From Ylistrum balloti (Eukaryota): DNA of 64,000 bases. Of this stretch, positions 48,001-60,760 are shown in pieces. A model generated the notes under the pieces. That model saw nothing but the letters and a program-made list of their open reading frames with translations. It made no database searches and was not told where the DNA came from. Where the stretch lies: NCBI RefSeq assembly GCF_031769215.1, contig NW_026782299.1, positions 2,542,001-2,606,000 on the forward strand, read 5' to 3'. Made by a program: the position numbers and the translations under genes. Position 1 is the first letter of the stretch. Each line of letters begins with the position of its first letter.

Positions 48001-51000
48001 GAAGAATGATCTACCCAGAAGCTCTCACAAAATAGTAATATACTATCAGGGCTATCAATCTGCCAGGTTTGGGGCAATTCCCAATGCAAAATAGTATCTT
48101 TTTTTCCCAATTTAGACCCAAAGTTTTCCCAATTCTAAGGAAAACACTATTATTTTTCCCGATTCTAAGGGCCCCGTGCCCCAGTCTCAAAATGGGGTGT
48201 GAGAGCCCTGACTATTATTGTTGAAATCCAAGATGGCTGCCTGAAAGCCATTTTCTTCTTCGAAGAAAACCAAAATCAGTATTTCTAAAGGATCAGTGAT
48301 AACAAACTTCAACAGTCAAAATCCAAGATGGCTGCCTTGCAATCAGTCCCAAAATTTATCACGAACGACTAAGGAACAAGGGAAGTCAACACATGAAAAT
48401 AGAGATACTTTTATATGATCCTTTTCATAAAATATGGATAACCATCTTCAACTTTTAAAATCCACTATGATAAAATGGTTCTTATGGACTTTTAGAATAT
48501 CATTACAGTATATGTTATATGCCACAGTCAACTTTATTTGCCACAGTATATATTATATGATATATGCCACAATACAAGTTCTACACCATTCTATAAATGT
48601 TAAGATGATGTTTACCAAGGTATAGCTGACATATGTAGAAGTGAGTTTCGTCACAGCTCACTACTTTGTAAGACTGGGAGTGAACACTCATCAAAACGCA
48701 GTTCTTGTTCTTGTCATTGACAGAAGACATCCTATTAAAGAAAACAAGATTTATTGTAAATCAGTTTCTCACAAATCATGTAAAATCTATGAATCCCACA
48801 CAATACCGGACATCACATAATGACCATCAACAGCCATACCTGTCTATAAAGGTCACTCATGGAAGCATATGATTGCTAGCCATTATATGGAGATTCAATA
48901 TCATCATATACAGGTGACCTTTATACAAAGGTTCAATATTACAGATAAGTAACTTTTATTGAATTATATGATTTATAAATTATAAAAGAGGACATCTATA
49001 TAGGGTTTCAATATTAACATGTACAGTTGGCCTTTACAAAGAGATTCAATATCATAATACACAGATGGCCTTATAAAGAGGTTCGAAATTATCGTATAAA
49101 TGTGACCTCTGTAGAGAGGTTTAATACTGTTACACAGAGTAGAGAGTAGAGCCAACACTATGATTTTTAGTAAAAGTGTATTGCGTTCCTGATACCCTTC
49201 ACTCGGATACATTCACCGGTACGCAAGGCAATGAGGAATAGGAGCAAACAGTGATAGATATCAAATGTAACAAACTCAGGGTAAATGGTGGGATATTTAT
49301 TGGTTTTGTCGACCGGTTTAGCGTGAACTTATGTGGGCTTCATTGTTACACCAATTCTACAAAAAATCTCGCCTAAAGTACATCAAATGTTTATGACGTA
49401 GATAGTAGAATCACATGAAACACATGACCCCATACTTTCACCCCTGCCGGGAATCAAACCCCGGACTCCTATGTGAAAGGCAAGTGTGTTACCAATGCGC
49501 CACCTGACCACCTGGATTTCCAGAAAAAGACATTTATTAATCCAACTTTCACATGAAATTAATGTATTACATAGGTCTTGTAACTCATTAATGTGAAGTA
49601 TAAATTTTAAGTACACATTAAGTATGTAATTTTCCACTGACCACATACAATAATTATTGAAAGAATCGAGTTAGAGAGTACAGCAACATTAATGCTTACA
49701 GGCTCTCACTAATGGGTAATTGGTCGAGTATAATGACTGAAGACGTACTGCTGAAATTTAAGGATTTGACTCCCTGGAACGAGTATGTGTATAGATATGT
49801 TTGCTGGGTTTGTCACCCTGTGAACAGAAAGGGTCATTTTGAGGCTGGGTCTCCTTGTAAGGCTACCTCTTAGAACAACATCTGGGCGACCGGATAAATC
49901 CCATCGAGAGCATGTAGGATAAAGTGTCTTGCTCAAAGACGAAACCACATCAGCATAGACCAGCACATTTCTTAGCATAGGAGACACAATCTGCAACAGG
50001 TAGGGGGCGTAGAACCACACACCTCAGATCTTTACTTGAGGTTACATAGGCACAATGCTCTATCGACTGAGCTATCATACCCCACTGTATATGTGTATAG
50101 AAACCAGTAGTTACGATATCCTTGTCTGGATAACTTTACCTCAGTCAGCTTATATTTATGGCTTAATTCATCATTTTCAGAGATTACCTGGCCATGGAAT
50201 TGAATTTGGTGCCATCCAGCCACTCGAAAGTTCCCTCTCTTTTCTTATCTGTAAGACCTACCCACATGTAAAACACCAATCCATTTTTCTTTACTAAATC
50301 TGAAAATTAACATATCTTCAATTTACCATTTACATAGTGAAAGTTAATGTCCAAATTAAATCATAAGTCCTGTAGTATTTATACAAATCACAGAGAATGA
50401 TACAACACAATATGTACTAGCACACATATTCAAATTCACAGATATTATTATACATTGAATAAAGGTAAATCTAGGTTATTTTAATGAAATAAAAACTTGT
50501 AAATTGTGATGCACTGTATGACATAATTGTAGGGAAAATTCACAGGGTAAAACATCACACCAATTACTGGATCTGAATTTTGAAATTTTTATATAGTACT
50601 GAGTGAGCAGCTTTGGTTGAAATTTACTGAGTACAAAATCATAGAGATTATCAAATATTTTCCTAACCTGGTAGGTTTTGGATGATACTTACCAATCACA
50701 AAATCAAACATATTTTTGGTTCTCATCCTAACCAGGTTACTTTGGCTGTAGGCACAGAAATTCTGAGCTGAGAGGAAGTCCATCCCACCAGCTGTGCCTG
50801 TCTGGAAACGGAAACAGGTCACTGTGGGTGCATGTAGATAGATATCAACTGGACCATTTATCCAATCAGGTGGGCACTCTGTCCGATCTGCGACATCAAT
50901 ATCAGTGTTAACTTTTCTTACATCTTGTTTCTCCCACATCATGCCAAGTGGGCCATTTAGAGTAAACAATCTTTTTCATGTCCAGAAATTATTTACACAA

Positions 51001-54000
51001 AATTAAAAAAAAGTCATTATTTGTAACCAAGGCAACTTAATCGCCACAGGAATAACATGAACAAAGACTTAGCACAGTAAATCATATCATAATGCCTGAA
51101 ATTATCATTGCTAAATTGTTGTAATGAGAAAAAATTGTGAAAGTTACTAGCATGCTAAAGACAGCTGGTTTACGATACTGGGTATCGGGTTATTATTACC
51201 AGCTTACTGATTTTCAAATAAATTCTACATCAAAAGGTATTTACAGTTTGGGGAGATGTCACACTTGGACATAAGTCCTGCTATACATGTAATGATTATT
51301 TAGCAATGTACATATATTGTCAACTTTGTATTCAATGACAAGATGATATTATCATAAGATTAAGTCTTAAGATTAAGTCATAACACACATACGAGTCTTG
51401 TACTTACTGAAAATCTCAAATTTCATCTCAATACCATCATGATTCAGGAAGTTATTTTGATTGGACTTGAACACCAGTCGAAGATAACCATATCTACTTA
51501 TGACTTCATAGGGATTAGTTTGTCCAGGGCAAACCTTCAGTGTGATGGGAGAAAACTCATAGTAACCTAAAACAAGAACATACATATACATGTACTGTAT
51601 CTTTCAGTAAGTCCAAGAGGACAACACTTCAACTTTGAGGGGTGGGCTTATCTAAGGATTTACTTTCTATTTTACAAGATAGAAAGATAATCCTTATATT
51701 TACAGTTTTTCTTCATCTAAATACAGTTTCTGTTTTTAATGATTTCAAAGTTTACAGACAGAATGATAATGAAAACATTTGGTTTATTGGCCTAAAAACC
51801 ACCATCATGGAACTGCCTATCGTTTCTGTCTTTCTGGTACCATAGCATCAAAATCAACATTAATTTCTTATACTTCACATACATATAATCGCATTTCATT
51901 TCCTAAATACAACATTCCAACACTTATTATTTTGAGATTCAGTTAGTGAAAACATTAAAAGTTTGACAAAGATTGGCATAAAGACCATATTTCAAACAGA
52001 CTTTATATTATTGAGACATTTTGAAATGCACAGAATTCAATCCCGGTGTGTGATGCAATTACATTATACCAGAGTCCTTCATTCATAACCTCATATCACT
52101 GTGTGCGTGATAGAGACTATCAATATCAGTGTGTAATGATAATTGCAAAAGTTATAGATTCAATTGCAAAAGTACCTATAATGAAACAGGATAAACTGAA
52201 TTTTTTTTGTAAGTTATTTTTACAGTAGATTGAAGGTAAGTGTATTACCAGACATGTACTTTCAATGAAAAAAGATTAATACACGTATTTGCTATTGAAA
52301 TTATGTTTTAATTTCAAACAAAGGTATAACAATGAACATGTCATATTTCTTACCTTCTTGTATACTCAGAAAGTCTCCATCTTCACAAGGTGATCCAGGA
52401 GTGAGTTGTTCCAAGTCAATTTTGGTAAATGTGATTCTAATTCTCAAAAATACTCCAGCATTAATCCTCCATTCACATTTCATGTTGTTTGAATAATGAG
52501 ATTCCCACGGCATTCGAGTAGTGATGTTTCCCAGATAATCATTCTCAATTTCCTCTAGCTTATGACTGCAGAAGTAGTTTTCACTTCTCACTAAAACAAG
52601 CAATAAACAGAATTCAAACATCACAAGTCAAACACATGCGTAACTATACTTTAACCTAAACAAGAAGGCCTGAAGGCGTTATTCCCCCTGCCCAGCTGTT
52701 GGTACGAACATCCAACATCCGTACAAACATACACATCGAGAATACATGGTCAGTGTCTTAAAAATATATATTGTATTTTGGTGAAGCTGAAGAAAGACTC
52801 TTTTGTCTTTCTGTCCCAAGCCAAAATACCATTTATTTGTCAAGACACTGACCATGTATTCTATTTACCCTGCAACATTGATTGATGATCAGACTACTGA
52901 AACTTCAACAGTTCTAGTATTCAATCTGTGTTACCTAACATCGACATTACGCTGAATTTTGCTTGATGACAGACGCCAAAATAATTGCTCCGCGTGGAAA
53001 TATAATTCCAAACTCCATCTAATATAACAGTGATTTTATGAATTTTTGTAAATCAACTTGTTCATTACAACATGGAAAATTGCTTATTTCAACAATTTAT
53101 AATTCTAAACGTAACATTTCAGTAAATTCAGAGAATAATTCAGTCAAATTACCTTAAGTGTTTAAATACAGCTGTTTTACAGTAGCAGTAGCAAGATAAA
53201 AATTATATATCTACTTTATAGTAAAATAATATTATAATGTAGATTGTGTTTTTCTTTACTGATGTTCAGCACACATAATGATCAGTTGATCAGTTTTCTA
53301 AGTGTAGCCAAGCAAACAGATGGACAGACGCACAAACCAAGGTGTAACAATACATACTTTTGAATTGTCTAAAGAAAACAGAAATCTTCAGACAATACCC
53401 TCTGTTGTATACAAAGTAACTCTTACATGTCTTTCCATGGAGGGAAAAGTGATGAGTAAAATTTTAAAATGGCCACTACAACCATTTAAAGTAAATATAA
53501 AGATCGTTACGGAGCATTAGTTAGATTCTTTTAAAGGGATGTTCTGCCCTCGTTGCACATTTTCTGGCTGTACTTTTCAAGAACTCATTCTGACGACTTG
53601 TTAAACTGTTGTTAGCATCAAAATATCTCTCTTGTGGTCAGTTTGGACAGGCGTAATTGGTGGGAATACTCCCAGCCAATATAAATTTAACCATTTAAAT
53701 ACAGTTTATCAGGAAATCAAGAACTGAAGGTTCACTTGATCATAGATATTATGCAGTGTATTGGGTAAATACACAAGTGTATGCTGTTCACAAAAATTTC
53801 TGCTGAGGTTACAATTTTATTACTTCCTTAGGCTTATTTCTGTAGATTTATAATTTACACAGATGTTACCTTCTGTCTGGCTAATAACAATACAAACCTG
53901 TTATGATGTAACCAGGGCTGCACAAATGTTTTTAAACCGATCCAGCTAACTCTATATAGAATTAACGCAAATGAAATATCATTTGTTTATCCACGTCCGT

Positions 54001-55154
54001 GGTTTATCTAAATAGCAAACTGAGGGGTACAACTTCCATCAGAACATATGCAGTATCAATACAAATAAAGAATAAGGAAAATACGTTATGAAAAAACATA
54101 CCTGCAGCCGACAAAATCACAAAAGACAGGAGTGCAGACAAAGGTCTGAAAAAGAAATTAAACAGATATTTCAGATCAACAAAATCACCATATCAATCAT
54201 CATTTCATGTCCTTGATTATTTTGTCTGATGAACAAAAAGCAAATACATTCACATGAAATTTCCTCCAAATAATCTTTTGGATTATTTTCTTCTAGTAAG
54301 TAATGTCAAAAGAAAAACAGTTCTAAAAACACAACTGGTAGAAAACAATCTCCATTCCAGATCAATAAATTGGTACCTACAGATCATTCCCAAGTAAACC
54401 CACCCACTAAAGCTTGTGAATTTCCAAGTTTCTGAAAAATAACTAACTTATGTGACAGAAATACCATTTACCACACTTGTTGTAACCTCTATATATTGGA
54501 CATATATTTATTAAGAAATAAATCCAAATGGAAATGGGACCAATTTTGGCCTAACAGATTTCAGAAAAAAATTAATTTATTGAAATTGAAAATATGATAT
54601 TAACCAAGGCATTTGCTTCTGTAGCTAAATAACAAGAAACTTTGACCAATAAAACCCAATTCAGTAATAATTTTGAATGTCAAAAGAGCTGGATTCATTT
54701 ATCAGTGAACAGGCAATCAAAGACCATACCACATAGTAAAATAATACCATTGACTGGGATACTTCCAAAGATCATAAACACCGTCTGAAAGTGCTGAGGC
54801 AAGACGGTTTGATCTGCTTCATTTTAACTCGAAGCAAATTATCAGAATGGTTGACAAATCAATTAACATGTTATATCCTCGTTTACATGCATTTTGTCAT
54901 CGACTCATTTGCCTGATGAAAGCGACAGGTTGTAACCATCGAAACGTCACACAATCTAAATTTGAGTCATCTCATTCTGGTATCGTCAGGACACATGTAC
55001 GTAAACGTCCTTCGTGTGATGTTTTATTTTGTTTAGGAAATGACACTTCACACTTCAACCTGACTGCGAGATGAGATTGGCTTTCAAGAGATGCGTGGGC
55101 CTATTGAATTCACCTGTAAACCTTATAGAGTTAATGTCAAACCTACCTGCTCAT
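45014..55154 (-). CDS. Type I membrane receptor, about 436 aa: signal peptide, CUB, C-type lectin domain, TM, PSAP/PPxY tail. Exons 55154-55147, 54145-54102, 52590-52354, 51566-51408, 50887-50693, 50299-50188, 48731-48616, 47564-47520, 45408-45014
   Basis: All introns are GT-AG and phase compatible (1,311 nt). Signal MSRPLSALLSFVILSAAVRS; CUB YSNNMKCEWRI...C..DFLSI...LRLVFKSN; CTLD CPPDW...AQNFC...WVGLTDKKREGTFEWLDGT...NCV...SC...YIC; TM LIWIIIGGALAVGTIVICISVLIY; tail PSAPP and PPSYWEAV. Confidence 0.85.
45523..45890. repeat. 64-bp intronic tandem array, about 5.7 copies
   Basis: Unit TTATTACTAGACAATAAGCTCACAGAGCTAATATATTACCACAGACACAAGTCAGGGAATGGGC. Confidence 0.95.
46151..46293. repeat. 33-bp inverted repeat with 77-nt spacer (MITE-like)
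   Basis: 46151-46183 pairs with 46261-46293 with 4 mismatches. Confidence 0.8.
48047..48210. mobile_element. 164-bp MITE with CAGGGCT termini and 5-bp TSD ACTAT
   Basis: ACTAT|CAGGGCTATCA...TGAGAGCCCTG|ACTAT. Confidence 0.75.
49410..49512 (-). mobile_element. tRNA-derived SINE head
   Basis: GGTGGCGCATTGGTAACACACTTGCCTTTCAC...GGGGTTTGATTCCCGGC (A and B boxes). Confidence 0.65.
49790..50075 (-). mobile_element. CORE-type SINE
   Basis: Head ATAGCTCAGTCGATAGAGCA and core GATAAAGTGTCTTGCTCAAAGAC (plus strand). Confidence 0.65.
52739..52862. mobile_element. 124-bp MITE with perfect 21-bp terminal inverted repeats
   Basis: AGAATACATGGTCAGTGTCTT ... AAGACACTGACCATGTATTCT. Confidence 0.75.
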
Positions 55155-57902
55155 GATCGGTTACGATCGTTGGACACTGCCCAATACAAGTAAACATACA
55201 TTTAGATGATTTATCATCATTATCACAGCCCCCTGAAGAGTTCCAACGTTGCGTGCTTTCCTTTATTTGGGTGAGTCGCCGTACGAAGAGTACGCTAAAT
55301 GGAATCATTTTGTTCCCTGATCATTACCACATCTAAACATTCATCAATATACACTGTGATGCGTTCTTACTACAAATGCTTTACGTTATATTTTCCTCAG
55401 GAGAAAAAGCAACATTTACATTTCGATAATGCACTACCATAAAGTGTTACTAAAAACATAATCATGCGATTTCGGCTAGACATGAATGGTAATCACCGAA
55501 GTTGAATCATCTCCGGGTAAAGATTATCCACATCAATAAAGTACACGCCGTCCAAAGTGTAGATCGCTTCGTATAACAGACATTTATATAGTGTACAACA
55601 ATAGAAAACAAGTTAATAAAGTCAGATGATACTTTGTTGCGCCCGTGTCCAGTTTAAATAGCTTTCCATTATATACACTCGTTCAATTAAATGCTTTTCA
55701 TATGAGATTTTATTAAACGACTGCTAGGAGATTTTAATTTAATTTTTTTATATTCCATCACATAACTCTGCGTAAAACGACGGATTTTAAAGTAAAACTG
55801 TCAACGTTGGGACAAAATCAAACAATGACTGTCATTTTGTTGCACAATTTCAACTCATGACGTAACAGCTTTGTCTATGTTAGAATTCTGCAGCATATTA
55901 TGAAAAACGCTTCAGAAAACACTTTAGTGCGAAGGGTTATGACCACAAGTCTGGTTTTCATTGCGGTCACATATAGTGTCTAGAGTGCAAAACATTTTTG
56001 ATATCTTAATCACCGTATCTTCCATATAATAACTGCGGATGGTTTTATCTGGAAATCTGGAGATAATTCTAATCATGGAACATGGAATAAAGATGATCTT
56101 TTTCTTTCTTTTTTTATTTTCAGTTAGTTAATTTATCTTGCACAAATTTATAGAATGTTGAAAATGCAATGTACTTCCATGACATCTCATAAAATGAGTT
56201 GAAATACGAAAGAGATCATATCAGGAGAGTCAAAAAAGGAAAGTAACCAGCAAAATTGACAGTTTCTGAAATCTTTGACAAAACTAGGATTGATATCATA
56301 TCCCACCAAATTACAAGTTACAGTGTTGTCTTGTGACTCAAACTTCACTTTAGTAATATTAGTAGCTCTCACCTTTTCTACAAGGATTATAAATTATTTG
56401 AATGTTTTTTAAAAATAGTCAACACTACCTTTTGTTTGTTTTATGTACATCAGAGAATAAAATTTGTAATATCAAACAGATTTGATGTACATGTGCAATG
56501 TGTGTGAATATTGTAAAACTCTACAGTGAAAGGGCTTTACATAAATTGGGAATTTTGCCAAATTCATGTGTGTTTATTTGATACAAACAGAAATATATTG
56601 AAGTCAAACCCAACAAATAGATTCTCGTTTTGTTTGTAGTTGTTTATCATTGTTGATAATCAGTGTTTACATCATATGTAAAAGAAATTGAGTATTGTTA
56701 TTTTTGGCAAAGAAAATATTACATGAAAGCAAATAAAATAAATATTTTCTATCCTTGCTGACTATAAAATAACCAGTATCTGTCTATAGCTGTAATATAG
56801 CGATGTAATCTAATTTCTTAAAAACTCTTTCATGAAATTTTCACTCGTATTTCGGTCAGCATTCGAAAATCAAGACAGAAATACTTTTGCATATGTAAAT
56901 CATAATAGATTTTAAAATCAAAGCCTCCAATATGCGAAAAACTAAACTCTAACAGGACGTTTTAATATAGAGTCGTCAGCACAAAAACCCACCCATAACA
57001 GAAATCTTAGTTGGTTGTTGGTTGGTATGAGAGTATTCGATGAAAGGAATAGAGATAAATATTTTCTGCCCCTGGTGAGTGTCGAATCCCTTTTAATTGT
57101 ATTATATAACCTAAAATGGAGGATAATAGTGATGAAGAGCACGGATTACAGGCGGTTTTCGGTAACGAGGAGGCAAGCATTCGATCTTTTTATTCATTGA
57201 AGTTAAAAATCTCTAGAAGATGTCATCAGAATTTGTATCGAATATCAGTTTGAATGAAATATTGTTGTAGTGGTCTATCCCCCCCTCCCTCTCCGAGATA
57301 CAACTCAAGGGAAGTAATCCGATTTCTGTACACACATTCCCCTTATGCACTCTTAGAATGTACTCTCTTTTCATCTCGATGTCCGGGTTCAACAAAAAAG
57401 GAACTTCTGTCGTACAAGAAAAAATCGTATATATTACAAAAGCAGTTGTGTAGATAACGTGTGTGACATCACTTCATAATCCTTTCATGATGCCACATAT
57501 ATACATATATGGTTACATGCACAAGTAAAATAAATTATGACGTGGGTGTATTCACCAAATACTTTATACTCCAGGATCTAATGCTAAAGATGGCATTTCT
57601 GTCTTATTTACTGTCACCCCCTCTCTCCTCTGAATCGTTATTGACGTTGAGAATCGGACTAAAGAAAGATCTCCGACAAACTAGATGTCATTTTAACATT
57701 TGAAAAATGCTGATTTTTTAAATTTTCGATCTTAATCACAAACACGTGACTCTTAAATGAGTCATATCCCACTTGGTTAAGAGCATGAATGTACTGCTAG
57801 TAAGATGGAAGAAAAAGACAGCAGACCAGTAAACAACCCTTTTTTAACATCATTTATTTTTCCACAGTTGCGAAACGAGTATTTTTTCTAAATTATATTA
57901 AT

Positions 57903-57939
57903 ATGCCAGGTGTCTTACTGTGGGAGGAAACAAGAGTAC
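57903..57939 (-). mobile_element. V-SINE fragment cut by the gap
   Basis: GTGGGAGGAAACAAGAGTAC resembles the V-domain motif seen at 41462-41493. Confidence 0.45.
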
Positions 57940-58146
57940 NNNNNNNNNNNNNNNNNNNNNNNNNNNNNNNNNNNNNNNNNNNNNNNNNNNNNNNNNNNNN
58001 NNNNNNNNNNNNNNNNNNNNNNNNNNNNNNNNNNNNNNNNNNNNNNNNNNNNNNNNNNNNNNNNNNNNNNNNNNNNNNNNNNNNNNNNNNNNNNNNNNNN
58101 NNNNNNNNNNNNNNNNNNNNNNNNNNNNNNNNNNNNNNNNNNNNNN
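57940..58146. other. Assembly gap (207 N)
   Basis: Run of N. Confidence 1.
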
Positions 58147-58213
58147 AGTGATTAGTTAATCATCACATAATGCCGTGAAACATATCGTGACGTTCCTAAA
58201 GAGAAAAGAAAAC

Positions 58214-58954
58214 TCATTTCGTTTTTACTGTTTCGTTCAAGGGTGTGTCACAATTGCATGTATCCCCTCCAGTTTCCAAAAATAAATTTCCGTTTTCCTC
58301 ACACCCTGCGTTGATGTTCAGCACCGTTGTTGGGTCAGCAGTAAAACGAACGTTGTCACAACCTTTCCACTGATCATCTGCTAAGTATTTAAAGTCACTG
58401 AAACATGCCTTCCGTTTCTCATGAAAACTTTTCCCATCGCGCCGGAAGTCTTCAACGAATGCGACGCAATCGCAAATCAATTTTCCTTGTGTCAAAGTCT
58501 TAAGAGTGGCAATGTGGAACCACTCATTCTTCCTCTGGTCAAAGTAATGACCAGAGTACGCCGTCCATGTTCCGTCCGTCTCCGAATCCACTCTGAAGAT
58601 TGTCTTTTCATTCAAGGCCCAGTCGTATGGTAATAAGCACCTCAGTCCTGTTCCTTCCCCTCCAAACCTCTGAATGTCTACACCTTGACCTTGGTAAGTC
58701 GCCTTTGCCTGTCGGTCAATCTCTGGATCGTCGTCGGTTTTATTGTCCCAGACGGAAAATATCACTACCTTTTTCCCGTCGTAGAGCTCTTGAATTCCCA
58801 TGTATCCACACCGGAAGTTGATAGCGCAGAAGTATGTACCGGTTTGAGAAAGACTGACGCTTACTGTGTTCTGAGCGGAAGTGGCGTGATCAGGCACTCT
58901 GTATCTCAGGTGGACAGATCGAGCGGCATTCGGTTCCACACATCGGTCAGCCAT
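58214..58954 (-). CDS. Intronless DUF3472-family protein (about 246 aa from MADRC; a Met 6 codons upstream at 58972 is also possible)
   Basis: Motif series ARSVHLRY, GTYF, GYMGIQ, VIFSVW, GQGV...FGGEGTG, YDW, W.HIA, AFVEDF and RFTAD...NINAG...FLETGG matches, from memory, bacterial DUF3472 proteins. The track's upstream extension (58978-59083) lies before an acceptor TTTTGTAATCCAG|. Confidence 0.8.
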   Translation of the reverse strand: MADRCVEPNAARSVHLRYRVPDHATSAQNTVSVSLSQTGTYFCAINFRCGYMGIQELYDGKKVVIFSVWDNKTDDDPEIDRQAKATYQGQGVDIQRFGGEGTGLRCLLPYDWALNEKTIFRVDSETDGTWTAYSGHYFDQRKNEWFHIATLKTLTQGKLICDCVAFVEDFRRDGKSFHEKRKACFSDFKYLADDQWKGCDNVRFTADPTTVLNINAGCEENGNLFLETGGDTCNCDTPLNETVKTK

Positions 58955-60241
58955 CGTGCAAGCTGCAAACATATAATCTGGATTACAAAATTTGAAAAAA
59001 AAGCTGTATAGCATATGTATCTGTTTTGCATTTCCTCTGTAAATACTTTCAGTTACCACTGAGAATCTTAAAATGACGTTCATTTTGTTGTTGTGGTATC
59101 AGAAAGACTGAAACAATAGCCTGTTCCATGATGGAAGTTTTCAGGCTGATTAACTGAATGTTTCCATTATTTTACTATCTGTAAACTTTTGGAGACGACT
59201 AAAAAAACTGTATATATAAGGATTAACTTTTTAAATGTTGTTAACGTTATCTGGCGGGACATAACTACAATTGTCCCGGAGTAAATTGAGTAGTTTGCCA
59301 GCTATGTAAAATTTTACTGAGTTCAAATTGTAGTTATCGACCGATAAACCGAACAAAAGAGAAGATTAAGAAATGAATAGATGTATATATAGTATTGATA
59401 AAACGTTCTTTTTATATGACGTCATCGGAACAATGACGTCCGTCGGTGAGACGATGCCTGGACACAGAGGGAGTTGAAGATACGACAAACCTTTCAACTA
59501 ATCAACAAAACTCTCTTTGTCAGGTGTTTAGGCGCTAGAGATAGAAAGAAGTCACTGGATCGCTGACGTGAAGGATATTTTGCCTCCAAGAAGTTCAATG
59601 TCGACTTGAGAAAACGACGGTCGTGTACATAGTCCGTCGGGGACATTGTTGTGTAAATCGATGATCAATGTACGGGATCTCAATGCATTTATCTATTGTT
59701 TTGGGACAATTAAGTAAGCTTTATGAAACACCCAATTTGTTCTGTACTAACTATAATAACTAATACCACATAATAATTTGTAAATACGAAAATATGTTAA
59801 ATATTATATTAAATATAACAAAATTGGGGCAAACATCCAATTATTTTGTAAACGTTGCTGATTTTAATAGCCCTTTTAGAGACATCTTTTGTTCATTCAT
59901 TAAATCTTCCTGTAATAGATTTATAGTGGTTGCTATTTTTCTATTTTACCTATTATCTGTAAGGCTACCTTACTAAACATTGCCTAGTGTCTGCTAGTGT
60001 TACTTTGCACCGTTTTTCACAGGATGTACCGAACTTTTAAGGGTATTTATTTCAGTATGCACCTAATAGAAATACACGCAGTTAATGTGTTTAGCATAAC
60101 CCAAAACACCGGTACAAATGAACAAGCATGTCAATGATCAGATGTACGACAATGCGTCTAGCAAAGAGAATGCGAGTTATTCTGTTCATATCGTCATGTA
60201 ACCATAGCATGCTGTGTCCACCACCAGAAATGGAGTCTTAC

Positions 60242-60299
60242 CGGGTTGAGTTCCGTGTCAATAGTAAACAGGTGTCGAGGGAGAAAATGCCCTTATATA
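60242..60299 (-). promoter_or_regulatory. Candidate TATA box and non-coding first exon of the DUF3472 gene
   Basis: TATATAAG at 60299-60292 and donor CCG|GTAAGA at 60242/60241. Confidence 0.3.
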
Positions 60300-60589
60300 C
60301 ATAAGTACACGTCACTTCATGGAAAGTAAACAAACAATACTTGTTTATCTTAGTATCAATGACGGGCGTAAATAATGTAACAAAAGTTCTAATATAAATA
60401 TAAGATAGCACAGTATTTATGATGGACTTTTAATCAATCGCCTGGAAGTGCCACGTAATGATATTAACGTCACCTGAATCGTAATAATTAACAAAATGTA
60501 AGGAATTCCAAGTTAAATTAGATGCTTTTGCTTGTTTGGTGAATTAATTGAGTCATGAACAGAAAGTGGCATTGATTCTGCCCTACTGA

Positions 60590-60760
60590 ACAACATGCGG
60601 GAGGTCTATCGTATATTGTCCAGGACAACTGTGATTACGTGTCTTGCTAGGGACTCAACCACGACAGCAGATGTCTGATCTCCGCCTCAAAATTCAGTAG
60701 CACAAACCACCACGAGTTAGGGATCGAACCACACACCTGAAGTCCTCAGTAAGCTGCCAA
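60590..60760 (-). mobile_element. Degenerate CORE-like SINE
   Basis: GTGTCTTGCTAGGGACTCAACCACGAC and GGGATCGAACC (B box on the minus strand). Confidence 0.4.

Noticed and set aside
52591-52624. MMFEFCLLLVLV as the receptor's signal peptide
   Set aside because: It is the polypyrimidine tract and acceptor (TTGCTTGTTTTAG); a better signal peptide comes from exons 55154-55147 and 54145-54102.
57903-58159. ORFs made of X residues
   Set aside because: Artefacts of the N gap.
59417-59425. Palindromic CRE TGACGTCA (another near 1459)
   Set aside because: Two copies in 64 kb is close to chance expectation.
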